A stretch of DNA of 63,302 bases, filler included, from Choristocarpus tenellus KU-1152 (lineage: Eukaryota; Protista; Phaeophyceae): NCBI GenBank assembly GCA_964200185.2. It is 12 parts of 12 records of this genome, joined end to end, with 100 filler letters (N's around TTAATTAATTAA, not from the genome) between each part and the next. Parts side by side here need not be neighbours in the genome. Positions count along the whole stretch, not along the records: positions 42,552 to 51,672 come from CAXNAD020003962.1; positions 51,773 to 56,196 come from CAXNAD020014608.1; positions 56,297 to 60,686 come from CAXNAD020014778.1; positions 60,787 to 63,302 come from CAXNAD020027157.1; 8 more parts are not named here. The stretch is one strand, 5' to 3'. The position numbers were made by a program, and so were the translations under genes. The stretch's first letter is position 1, and every line of letters starts with the position of its first letter. Below are positions 50,821 to 63,302 of this stretch, piece by piece. Below the pieces are notes generated by a model. The model was not told where the DNA came from and did not search any database. It saw only the letters and a program-made list of their open reading frames with translations.

Positions 50821-52599
50821 TCAAGCTAGAACTTACACCTCGTAGATGGGAACACACTCCTTCTAGAAGAGTTAGAGGAGTAGGTCAGGCCCAGTTTCCT
50901 GGTGTTTTCATAGCACATTGATAATCAACTATTGTGATTGAAAATATTTTAATATCCATCATTACGATAGACTAAATTAGCACTCGAGGGCGGCAGGCAA
51001 GGCAAGAAGTCACTAGCAGGCAGTCAAAGGTCAACGTAGTTGTTGCCTGACATCTTTGGTTCCTAATGTCATGAAGATTGTTCGTTCGAGACCAAAATGA
51101 TCGTAATGTAAAAAGATTATGTACACAAAACAGCCCGACCAAACGAAAAATTATTGTCAACATTTGCTTTTCCAGAGTTGCTGGCAAAGGCTTGTACCAG
51201 ACACACCACAAACGTGCATATGAAACTGCTACTCTTTGTTTATGCTTGTGCCAGCATAGAGAGCATAAGCAAAACACAGTTTACTGCGATAGAAGTCCCT
51301 GCTGGTTTCACATTAGCCCGTCCTCATCTTCACAACCCTTGCAGTGGGACTCATCTCCTGACTGCCCAATTCATTGAATGGGTAAAGCAGAGTCTCAAAC
51401 ATTGTAACAGCGTTCTTCATAGATGGGGAATTCTTTCTGTCACCAAGTGTTGTGGCTATTTTACTAATCCTTACAATGTGTCGTGTTGACAGGGTATCAA
51501 TGAGCTTGGATCAAAGGACTTGGTGCAGATTTGCAGACTGCTATTTGTGAAAGTAGTGAAAAATTGATCAAGCTGTAAATCAGGAGAAGGAAGGAGATGG
51601 GAGCCTCACACAGTCCCCTTGGGAAAAGACCCAAAGTATCTGGGGGGGGGGCGGTCTACACCAGCGTGTCTGNNNNNNNNNNNNNNNNNNNNNNNNNNNN
51701 NNNNNNNNNNNNNNNNTTAATTAATTAANNNNNNNNNNNNNNNNNNNNNNNNNNNNNNNNNNNNNNNNNNNNAAAGAAAAAATGTAGAACAGGAAGGGGT
51801 GTTGGGTGGGGGGGGGGCAAAAAAAAAAAAATATCTTTTTTTTTTTGGGGGGGGGGGGGGAGGGGGTGCAACATGAAGAGCACTTTGAATCACAACAATT
51901 CATTTGAGCCAATTCATGCAATCGAGATCACTATCACAACCTTTCGATCTTTTTATTATTTTGACACACTTACGCGCGTTTTTCCTGTGAATTGCTGTGA
52001 AGTGAAAGGAAGAGCAACAGGTGCAACAACCTCAAATGAGTACATTGGATGCGGCCAGTGAAACCAAATCTTAAGGGAAACTACTTAACGTTCTTTTTAA
52101 AATGTAGACACGGTAGTTTGTAGCTGGAAAAGGAAGTCGCGAGTCCTACGCACAATTGAGATCAACCCAGCAGCTGTAGAACACGGACTCGATATTATTT
52201 TGCTGTGTCCTAGGGGACTCATATCAAAACGTAGTCCAGGGTGGGGAAACTACATGGGGCATGTGGGAGCAGTAGGCAAACTTTGCCGTAACACTTCAGA
52301 AGTTCAGAGTCGGAAACTAACCCTTGGCCAGACAGGAGGGGAAGTTGGAAGTCAAGAACTTTGATTTCATAAGGGTTACACCTAGAAATGAGGGGTCATA
52401 TTCAACACAAGCAGAATGGGGCGTCACAATAAGGTTAGGTGTGCATTTTTTGCTCTGAATGGATGACTGTTTGCATCACACTCACGACTAGGAGGGCGGT
52501 GTGCCCTGCCAGAATTTGCAACATTGCAAGATTTGCATACCATGCAAACAGCGTTGCAGTGGAAGGAGTGAGGGAAGCTTGATATCTCTTGTGCCCTGG

Positions 52600-53150
52600 A
52601 AAGTGTGCCGAAAGTCAAGACGAATCTAATAACGGGGTGGATGAGGAGTGAGAGAGCCAGCAGGGTTGCACCTTTCTATACGAGGGCAGCACGATGTTCG
52701 TGAGAGTACACCTTCTAATAGGCAAAGAGGTAGGATGCGAGCAAAGATGGATGATAAACAACACGAGATGTGCATGGTCGCTCACAAAACGATCAGGAGG
52801 TAAGGATAACACTATACGTGGACTCAACATTAAAGATCGACATGAGGGTCGAGATGTTATCTGCCTCAAAGAGATTGAATTATCGCACTGCACAATCGAA
52901 GAAAAGTCTGAGAACAGCTTACAAGAGGCATAGGAGTCGTGTCGGAGACATTATCATAATTTTCAACTCCTTGCAGATGATGAGTGGTGGAGGGTGTCAA
53001 TACCTTGACCCTGAATCCTACATTCTGGTAACTAACCAAGCATCGATCGGGATCACCCTATCCTGGTCATCAGTGCTCTCTCAGTCAGTAATTGCAAACT
53101 CGATATCGAAATGAGTTGGGATTTAAGGGTACCAGATATATCATGTTGCT
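52600..53150 (+). mobile_element. Possible highly decayed Copia reverse-transcriptase remnant
   Basis: VRITLYVDSTLKI resembles the Copia LYVDD motif, amid many stops. Confidence 0.3.
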
Positions 53151-54933
53151 AGCAGGGTGGAGTAACGCTGAGGGCATAGAAGGAATGCGGATAGAAGTCC
53201 ACATTCGAGTCACTGGTATGATCAACTCTCCCAACAAACCTTACACCCAACTGTCCCTCACACCACTATCAACTCTCTTATTGATGCTCCAACCTCCTCC
53301 CTCAATCCTACACCTTGGGTCTCCATATTGTCTCTGCAAGGTGTTACGGCAATAGGACCGAGGTCATTAGTTTGGGCAAGTTGCATATTTTAAAGAAGGA
53401 ACTTGGTTTATACCAAAACAAACCCAATCTTGCCTGCCACTTGCACGCCGTCTATGATGCCTCAAAGCCGATGGAGACCAGCTAGATACTCCAAGCCAAT
53501 CCAATAGCCCGTTCAGCAAGTATGAGGTATCGTCCCTTGCTTCTCCGTTGCAGAAACTCACAGACCTGTGTGATACATTGATGTCAGTTTGTCTTTTATC
53601 TTTGCATTCCTGATCAACAGTTTCTCAAAAGGCTTCATTTCATATCACATATCTTCTATCATACCGATTACCCCACACTATCCTTTTTTCTAACAAGGTA
53701 TTTTTATTATTTTACTCTTTGACATTTTGCAGATGTGTCAGGGAAAACAAATGAAAACCGTACGTATGTCAGTATAAGCCCTCCAGAAATGAAATATCCT
53801 AAATGTGAGTACAATATAACACTGTTTTCCCCTGACACATCTGCAAAATGTCAGAGGGCATAATAATATAAAACACTGTAAGTGTTGAAACCACCTATTA
53901 GTTACTTCAACTATCAGATATTGTACTACTGTCTTCCTTTGCTTCCCATCTACCTACTCCTGTGCCCCGGGGGGGGGGGAGCTAGGGAGGCATCCCAAGA
54001 ATCCAACAGACCCCACCATGCCCATCTCCCTGGTGACTCTAGTTTAAAGCGCATGACACATCGAGAAAATGCCACTTGCCGTATATCATTGGCCTAAACT
54101 GGAGGAACAAAATGTCATGTCTGTTTACACACAACTAATATTTTTTGCGATATCATAAAACATGAGATCTTTGTTTGTGATTCCCACATGTGAGGGTTTG
54201 AAGAGGTGGCATTAAAGACCCAGTCTGTTCCAAAAAAGGTATCCTCCCATAATGTAGCCCTCTTCTTTCACATAAACAAACGGTTCAACATATCATAAAT
54301 GTAATTACAACCATTTTTCCCGCGCAACCTATACTCCACACCAAGAAATCTTCGATGTGGTAGAGTGACTAGGACTTAGCGTGTTTTTTTTTATACACAA
54401 CAGTTACACTCAACTTTGCCCAAACCACTGCCCCCCCCCCTTCCTCATAAATCTCATCCACCCAGCCAATGTTTAACCAACGAAAGTGAACATTTTAGAG
54501 CATTCGCTGCCGCCATTCAAGGAGAGGACGCTGACAACCGCACAACACAGGTGGGATGGACACCAGACAGACACTGGGGGAACTGCCCAACACAGGAAAT
54601 GGACTAGTGGACTCCAGAGGGCTAGGTCTGACGCCACCCCAAGGGTAAGCGCAGGTCATCATCGCCATTAGACATACGTCAAATACAGTCCAGGCGTATC
54701 CTAAATATGACAGTGAGGGATGTAGGTTCCTAGAATCTACCAAAATCGAATAAAACAGTCTAACCGACAACATTGAACGTCACGACAAACCCCTCCCCAC
54801 GTTGAACATTACATCCGATACACCATTTCTGATACTTTTCGATACCCAGAAATGCCCTGACCCTAACCCTAACCCTAACCCTAAATCCAACCCCAACTCT
54901 TCAAAGTCCTTCCATTACAACCCTGACCCTGGC

Positions 54934-56118
54934 CCCAGCCCTTCACACACCGAGTCAGTCACAAGACATACATCCAGCTTCTTAAGTAATATATTATCAC
55001 ACTTTCAAAGATCTTTTGCCGTACGACAAAGGACACCAAATTTAGTCCATTTTCAAGTTCACATTTTTGGTGGTACACTCCTTCATCATACTTTCGTCCC
55101 TTCATTAGCCGAGAAAGCAACTACAACCTGTCTTCTCTCGTACGACAAAACTCGTCAACTCGTCTCGTTTTGTCCTAGCCCTTCACACACCAAGTCAGTC
55201 ACAAAACATACATCCAACATCTTTAATGAAATACTATACACTTTTTAAAACCTTTTTTGTCGTACGACAAAGGACACCAAATGTAGTCCATGTTCAAGTT
55301 CACATTTTTGGAGGTACACTCCTCCATCAACCTTTCGTCCCTTTATTAGCCGAGAAAGCAAGAACCTGTCTTCTGTCGTACGACAAAACGCGTCAACTCC
55401 TCTCGTTTTTGTCCTAGCCCTTCACACGCCAAGTCAGTCACATCACATACATCCAGCTTCTTTAATGAAATACCATACACTTTTCAAATCTTTGCCGTAC
55501 GATAAAGGACACCAAATTTAGTCCATGTTCATGTTACTGTCATCCCTTCATTAGCCGAGAAAGCAACAACAACCTGTCTTCTGTCGTACGACAAAACGCG
55601 TCAACTCTACCTCGTTTCTGTCCTAGCCCTTCACACGCCAAGTCAGTCACAACACATACATCCAGCTTCTTTAATGAAATACCGTACACTTTTCAAATCT
55701 TTGCCGTTCGATAAAGGACACCAAATTTAGTCCATGTTCATGTTCTCATTTTTGGAGGTACACTCCTCCATCAAACTGTCGTCCCTTCATTAGCCGAGAA
55801 AGCAACAATAACCTGTCTTCTGTCGTACGACAAAACGCGTCAACTCTACCTCGTTTCTGTCCTAGCCCATCACACACCAAGTCAGTCACAATAAGACATA
55901 CATCCAGCTTCTTTAATGAAATACTATACACTTTTAAAAATCTTTTGTTGTACGACAAAGGACACCAAATTTAGTCCATGTTCACGTTCACATTTTTGGA
56001 GGTACACTCCTCCATCAAACTGTCGTCCCTTCATTAGCCGAGAAAGCAACAACAACCTGTCTTCTGTCGTACGACAAAACGCGTCAAGTCTACCTCGTTT
56101 TTGTCCTAGCCCATCACA
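54934..56118. repeat. Tandem satellite, ~240-bp unit, about 5 copies (one ~209 bp), preceded by (CCCTAA)n at approx. 54860-54884
   Basis: The unit start CCTAGCCCTTCACAC recurs near 54934, 55174, 55413, 55622, 55861 and 56105. Confidence 0.93.
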
Positions 56119-56563
56119 TGTTACAGGCGCCCCTCAATGCTCACCTTGCAGGATGTACAACTCAAATCCAACGATCTCAAAACGACGCTACGAGGGNNNN
56201 NNNNNNNNNNNNNNNNNNNNNNNNNNNNNNNNNNNNNNNNTTAATTAATTAANNNNNNNNNNNNNNNNNNNNNNNNNNNNNNNNNNNNNNNNNNNNAAAA
56301 AAGGGTGAAAAACAGACGCCGGCACCTCCCCCCCCTCAGATGTTTTGGCCCCCAACAAAACAAAGATCAAGGTCTAAGGGGTCAGGAGGTCTCTCATCCA
56401 CTTCCTCCAGAGTGTTGCACATTTCAGAGTGTTGCACATTTCCTATGGAGGTAATAGTCATGACAACAGTACTTAGTATAAGGGAGCTGTGAGCATCGGA
56501 AGAGTGGCCATCTGAGTTCACATCTGTATTCCTCCTTTTTTGGAACTCCCTTGACAGAATTCA

Positions 56564-59500
56564 GAACAAGATTCGCTTCAGGCTGGCAAGGCTAGAGGCA
56601 AACACACGGCGGCAGCAACATGCAGCTACCATCCGCATACAGTCCAGGGCTCGAGGGCGACTAGCAAAAAGAAACAAAAACCGTCTGCTGGTTGAGCGGA
56701 AAAGTGTGGTAAGTATCATAGAATGAAAGCTCAGATATATCAATATTTCTGCCAAGAATCTCCTAAACATGTTTTAATGGTAGGATTTTCTTTTGTGTAC
56801 CAAATGCACAGTTTCCTGATATGCACAGAGATCGACATTTCCTAAGCAAATGCGAAAATGTACGAACTTGAGTGGCATATGGAGAAAAAAATTTAATTCA
56901 GTGAGAAAGTGTGCCATAATGATCATAACCCTATACAGCATGCTCGATCTGCCTGGGTACCCTGGAGTAAGGGCGTGTGATTGATTTCATTTCTTGGCAT
57001 TGATTATCTCAGGTCATGATCCAATCACACGCTCGCTGTCACCTAGCTAAATCTGAAGCTAGAAGAAGAAGGGAGGCAATATGGCGGATACAGCGAACTG
57101 AACTACAAAATGAAAAGACCCGGAAGGAGGAAGAGGAAAGGTGTACATGCCCTATCTGATGCCAAATATGTGTTTAGCATATATTTCCACCAAACTGAGT
57201 GTAGGTGATTACGAAGTCAAGATACATTATATGCTGTGTAAAGCCCCGCCTGTAGCACGTGCTCCCACACTTATTCATACAAAGCAGAAAAGCAACTCCT
57301 TTGCACAGTCTTACTCTCTTGTCTCTAGTCCTTGAAGTGCATGCTGAGGTCGATTATTCAGCTAGAAGTTTGCATAGTCATCACAATAGCTAATAAAATC
57401 CTTCATTGAATTGATAGGAAGTTGGTGGTCCGGATTCAGGGCTTTGTGAGAGGATCACTGTCCAGGGTCTATGTCAGGAGCATGAAAGAAGGGAGAGAAG
57501 AACCATTTTCCAAGATACAGTCCAATGAGAAGGGAAGGCAACCCAAGGTACTACATTATAAATAAGACACCAAAACAGTAGGTGGAGCTACTGACAAATT
57601 ATCTTGCTTGGTTCCGTAAAGGTGTAAGAAAATTTGCCAAAATTAACCAAAGATGTCCTATCCATGTTTTTTTGCTGAACTACAACTGAGATAAACGAGA
57701 GAAGTGTGAACCTCTTCTATCGCAATCAACAACAACCAGCAACGATTCACACCTATGATGACACTGATCATCACCTACCAACAAATGGACCCCGTCTCTT
57801 TAGGTGCAAGTTGATGGTCTAAATGAGAAAAAAACTGCTGTTGCTAGCATAATAGCATCTACCCACAGGGGTTACAATGAAGGAGTTCAAGCACATGAGT
57901 CAAAGCATCTTAGAGGATAGAGCCGTGTCCTTTTGGCATCCAAAATCTAATGTTGAAAGTTAAATATAATTTTGGCTATTGTATTTGTTAGGAAGTGTCA
58001 ATATCCTTGTTCCAGGTACACAATTTTCATAACATATACATTTTACTCCTCCCTATAACCTTAAAACACATACCAAGTGGCAGGGGAAGATTGGTGATGG
58101 AGTAGGAGAAGAGAAAGATTTGTCTGTATTTTGTCTTTGAGATCAATCAGTTTCTGAGTTTTGACTGTGTGTATCTTTATCTATAAATGGTTGAAATAAT
58201 GATCTGCGGTTCACTCATACCTGTAGCTTTAGGAATGCCTGGATCACTGGTTGCTGTCCATACTCATGCCACGTCTGTTCTTTTCTATGCATGTTCAGAA
58301 TGAACTCATCGACCAAGAAGACCAAACAAGATTTACCACAATCTTTTGCTGATTCTAGTGCTTGCATCAAAGGTTTCCATTGTGTTGTAGTCTGTGCTTT
58401 ACTGATTATGCTCACTTTCGTTTTTTTGCGTCACCTTGTAGGCTAGATCAGCATTATCATAGGTTCTGCAGCAGTCCACACTAAATGGCTTGACAGTAGT
58501 CTACTTGCAATCACACTTGCACTATATATTCAAAATGTGTTCACTTACTCTTTGTTTTAAAATGATGCCCCACAGAGAGCAACAAGTGTGGGATGGTCAA
58601 CCCTCCTAGGAACTTCATCACACCCCAATGATTGATCCACTGCACATTTCATGGCCGTATGCGGGTAGTACTCATGCTCACAATGCCACTACTTGTGGAC
58701 ATGTATTCTACTCCATGCCAGCACAACACAACTGCCTCAAACATACATTTTGCAATGAAACTACCTGTTTCTTCACTCCATCACTACCCTGCGTCTTTTC
58801 CCAAGATTCACAAGTAGTATTAAACTGAGGGGAACATTTCCCTTAATCATTGTGTTGTTTAAGTTTCGAATTGCTTTTTTGTACTTTCCAGTATTCTAGA
58901 TTATTTGGTCGACCGCAGTGTTCTTAGAGCTACTAGAAGGAAAGTTCAGGGGTTTAATAAAGTTCCAATACCATGCAATCTCAAATGGAGCAGGTCAGCT
59001 TTGACAGACATAAGTCTTGCGTATCTTGTGGGGTGACTACCACTGTGAGGACGGGGGGCCCATGAGTTGGGCATGCTAAAAATATGGGATTGGCACCCTT
59101 ACAACAGTACTATTTTCAAATATAGTATAAAATGCCTTGGGATTTTTTAGTTTTCATTTCTCCAAAGAGTGAGATTGTTGTAAAGTCAACAGTTATTTCC
59201 CCCTCACCCTTGAAATCATTCTACTTGAAAGCAACATACAACTGTCAGGTGTACCCTGTAAGGCTTCGTCTGACAAAGTGCTAACGCCTTGCCTGTGTCA
59301 ACAGCTGCCTTATTGGAGAGACTCTTCATCAGGTCCATCAAGTTAGGATATGGCACGAATAAATCAGTTGTGAAAATATATGTATCTGCCCCCTGCCATC
59401 AAGTAAAGGTTCATTCGATGGGTAAAGATTGACATAATGTTGCCTACACACTAACACTACCACGATTTTTTGTGGCTCTGATGCAATCAAGAAGGTGTTG

Positions 59501-60686
59501 AGAACTGAGGAAAACGATGAGCAAACTCCGAAGGAGACAGAAGTGCAAGACTCAGGAATACTGGAGTTGATTGGTATTGTTCCTGCGGAATGTCAAGATG
59601 ACTTCAATCCAGGGCCATCATCAACATATGTGGAGGTTGTACAGGCAAGGGAAGGGATGCAAGAAGCAGCAATGGAGCCTTACAAAGCATCTTACTGTGA
59701 GGAGACAGAGACAGGGGCCCAGGGTTGTAGGAATACGGAATTGCAGGGAAGGTCTGCAGTCATCATTCAATCTGCACAGCAGCCACGATGTGCAAGGAGA
59801 AGACTACAACCAATGAAAGTAGAGAACGAGCACTTATTGCTTGGGGCCCGGGAGGCACGAGAATCTGCATTTAAGATCCAGTGTGCAGTCCATCCACACC
59901 AACCCAGGGAGTTTTTATCACACAGAAAAGCAGGTCAAACACAACATCAACAACATGATAGTGTACTACTTGATAAGGAAATGCAAACATATACAGTCAC
60001 TATCCAGTGTGCACAACGGCAGCGAATGGCAAGGATGAGAGTGCGGGCAACTAGAGCTGAGCGAGACATGGTACGACTCAAATACAGCAATGAAAGGGAA
60101 GCCGCCACCAAGATCCAGTGTGCAGTCTGCCAGCACCAGGCAAGGGGTCGTGTGTTGCAGGTTAGAATGGATCGACAACAACGACAACAACATGAGGATG
60201 TGCTATGTAATGAACGGAAGGGAAAATCAGCCATTGCAATCCAGTGTGCACAGCGGCAGCAAACGGCAAGGATGAGAGTGCGGGCGGCAAGAGCTGAGCG
60301 AGACATGATACGGCTGAAGTACAGCAATGAAAGGGAAGCGACCACCAAGGTCCAGTGTGCAGTCCGCCAGCACCAGGCAAGGGGTTGTGTGTTGCAGGTT
60401 AGAATGGATCGACAACAACGACACCAACATGAGGATGTGCTTTGTAATGAACGGACGACAAAATCTGCCGTTGCAATCCAGAGTGCACGACGGCAACGAA
60501 TGGCAAGGATGAGAGTGCGGGCGGCAAGAGCTGAGCGAGACATGGTACGGCTCAAATACAGCAATGAAAGGGAAGCCGCCACCAAGGTCCAGTGTGCAGT
60601 CCGCCAGCACCAGGCAAGGGGTTGTGTGTTGCAGGGTAGAATGGATCGACAACAACGACAACAACATGAGGATGTGCTATGTAATG
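56564..60686 (+). CDS. IQ-motif (calmodulin-binding) repeat protein, internal exons approx. 56564-56708, 57013-57140, 57420-57547, 59495-60686
   Basis: IQ motifs IQSRARGRLAK, IQSHARCHLAK and IQGFVRGSLSR, plus many IQCAxRQxxAR variants in the 415-aa frame. Confidence 0.75.
57897..58050. mobile_element. Truncated MITE family 1 copy
   Basis: GAGTCAAAGCATCTTAGAGGATAGAGCCGTGTCC... Similarity is lost near 58050. Confidence 0.82.
59995..60686 (+). repeat. In-frame 237-bp (79-aa) tandem repeat, about 3 copies, two IQ-like motifs per unit, truncated by the contig end
   Basis: Near-identical units begin near 60001, 60238 and 60475. Confidence 0.93.
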
Positions 60687-60852
60687 NNNNNNNNNNNNNN
60701 NNNNNNNNNNNNNNNNNNNNNNNNNNNNNNTTAATTAATTAANNNNNNNNNNNNNNNNNNNNNNNNNNNNNNNNNNNNNNNNNNNNTCTTTTATCTTTTT
60801 ATTTTCCACCCCTTTCCTTTTCCTCTCTTCCCCTCCCCCTATCCTCCCTCCT

Positions 60853-60886
<34 letters not shown>

Positions 60887-61272
60887 CCGAACGCTATCCT
60901 ATTGAATGGAACTTGCCCATATACTGGTTCCCGTAGACAATACACACCCATACCTGACACTAGGATTGGTCTTAGATCTCAGTGCAATGTAATCCTAATT
61001 TTAGGTTACTATTAATGTAGTTTTAAAATTGGTAGCATGATAGCATCATACAATTCTACTAACTGGAATGTTGGGGTTTATAAATCCTTCCAGGAGTCAA
61101 GTATCAAGTGTGAATACCTTCAATAAAAGGATAGGATAGGGACTTGAACGATTACATATTTACAACTCTACAACTCTACAACTCTGATAATACTCTACTG
61201 TATGATATATATAATACTATATATCTGTGCCTGCCGCTTTGTCTTATTTTGTGCTGGAAAAATATCTGTCAG

Positions 61273-62268
61273 GGAAACCTGGAACTATGGGTCGACATCA
61301 TCCCCTCCAAGGATGTTGGCAAGTATACGCCATTAGATATCTCTGCTCCTCCCAAGTCCAAGTTCCAGCTGCGGTTGATTGTGTACAAGGTGACAAGGTT
61401 GTCTCTGGTCTGATTTATTGCAACAGTAGAATAATTATTTTGTCCTCGTTCTGTAAAGTGCTGCTATTCGTCCTGCGGGATGTGGAGGGAGGGAGGGATG
61501 TAGTACAATATCTACATCGGGTATATCTATGTTTGTGTCTGGATGTGAGTGTCTGGATGTGAGTGTCTGGATATTTGTGTGTGTCTGGATGTTTATGTCT
61601 TGCTAAGATCTTTTGTCCACATGCTTTGTGAGATGGATTGCCTGCATGTAGTGATTTTTTGTGTTGAAATGCACTTGTTATATTCTTATTAATACTAGAA
61701 GAGAAGCAAAAAGGTCTATTCCGGGCCAGCAATTGTATTTGGATGTCATCCTTGGTTGTAGAGGGTCCAACATGACTGTATGGGATGAGGGTGTGTATTG
61801 TAGGTATCTTAGTACCCTCCCCCTACTCCTTTGTATAGCACCTCTTGTTCTGGCGCGTTTTGGCTGCATAGTGAGAATGGGTAGTTTGAGTTCTATAGGG
61901 AGGGATGGAGTGCTATTAATTGAAAGTATTAATATTGATGCATACTGCATTGATATCATTTATCCACATATCAATAGCTTTTTGTGTGCAATAGGTAGGT
62001 CAAATTCAATCAAATTTTGACTAGAAGGTGTATAACGTTTTTTACTTTCAATTTGATTTGTAAGAAAGGAATGCTCACTGGTAGTCCCATTGTCAAAGCA
62101 AGCAATACCTGTACAAGACAGTATTGATTGGATTGCGCTGATCCTGTTGTCTTTGACCCTGATCCCTACCTCAATTTAAAAAAAAAAGAATCCTAACCCT
62201 AACCCTAATACATTGCAGATCAAGGACTGGCAGTTACCTGGTGATTCGTTTACATCGATGACTGATAT
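61273..62268 (+). CDS. Ferlin-family C2-domain protein, internal exons 61273-61389 and 62219-62268
   Basis: GNLELWVDIIP...PLDISAPPKSKFQLRLIVYK|IKDWQLPGDSFTSMTDM resembles the ferlin C-terminal C2 junction (G.L.MWVDI.P...DI.P.....ELR.II). Confidence 0.72.
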
Positions 62269-63302
62269 GTGAGACCAGACCCCTATTTAAAGTCATTGTT
62301 GGGACTGCTATTGATAACAATTTGTATCATAGTACTATATGATAATTATGGTGATTAAATATCGATGACTGACATGTGAGACCAGAGACCTAGTTAAGGT
62401 TTTTGTTAGGAATCCTATTGATAGCCTTGGGTATTACAGTATTATAGTATATGGTTACAGACTAAATTGGGTTGTGGTTTGTTGTGACTTGAGTATCGCC
62501 TTGTTTCTGTACTAGGGTGTTTTTGACATCTGATCTCAAGAGGACACCTGAATTGCCTATGCACATGTCAAGAATGTTTCTTGATGTGTTTTGTATTCTG
62601 TATGTGATTTGTAATCAACCTTAACCTTTTTTGGTGTATGATGTTTTTGTCATGGTGTTTATACTGCAGTAGCGGTTGTTGCAAATTGTACTGTCTGTGC
62701 ATTAACTTTTATAGTAGTTTTTTTAACAATTAGTCTTCTGGTGACGTATTTGGATCTGCCTACAAAACGAGGGTTTTAGGTCGGTATTGTTTTAGGTATG
62801 TGTACTTTTGTAGGTATTCCTGTGGAAAGTGTATTGCCTGGTATTGGTAATAGCTGTGTTCCTGTTTGTCTTGCCTTGTATCAGCTATGCAGGTTGTGGA
62901 TAGGTAGAATTTGAATGTGATACAATGTTTTTGTCTAATGTTTCTAGAGACAAGTCATGTTCTTTGATGTGTAGACTTTGGAGGGGTTGTGTTGATCTCC
63001 TGTCCAACCTCTTCCTTATTCCCTCCCTGCCCTGGCTCATGAATCCCAAGCAGACCTCTGTCTGAGAGGTGTTTTATGTGTATATATATATATATTGAAA
63101 TGTGACAAGCATGGGTGGTTGGATTAATCAATCGATTTTTTTCATCTCCTCATGTTGTTTTCTTGTAGGTGTCACTGGTACATTGGGATCTATCTATTTG
63201 TAAATTCAAAAAAATTGGTTAGAGTTTTTTCATGGATGGATTTTGAATGCCCCCATGGACACCTTTATTAATACACGGCTTCACTTCCCATACCATAATA
63301 CC

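Noticed and set aside
54934-56118. Regularly spaced repeats as a CRISPR array
   Set aside because: Whole units repeat with no unique spacers, there are no cas genes, and the context is eukaryotic.

Overview
This is not prokaryotic DNA. It is 12 short contigs of an intron-rich eukaryotic draft genome joined by an artificial 100-nt linker (N44-TTAATTAATTAA-N44). The gene content and style (flagellar IFT121, multi-exon genes, CCCTAA tracts) suggest a stramenopile, plausibly a brown alga, but this is inference. Spliced genes or fragments I can support: WDR35/IFT121, a kinesin, a head-to-head secreted SRPBCC/START-like protein, the 3' part of multidomain acetyl-CoA carboxylase (with one GC-AG intron), the 3' part of lariat debranching enzyme DBR1, a PDZ protein, Mis18, an IQ-repeat protein, a ferlin fragment and one unknown gene. 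The rest is decayed transposons (CRE-like RLE LINEs, Copia, a pogo/Tigger element) and a very abundant MITE superfamily with GRGTCAAAGTATCT termini and 4-bp target-site duplications (TSDs), which is Sola-like. The most striking observation is that the ~260-bp MITE has GAG...CTC ends, so insertion into an AGGT target creates a consensus intron (GTGAG...YCTCAG) in either orientation. One copy did exactly this at a kinesin splice donor. That makes it an introner-like element which leaves a recursive-splice-like AG|GT site. No database searches were run, and all protein calls come from motif recognition.
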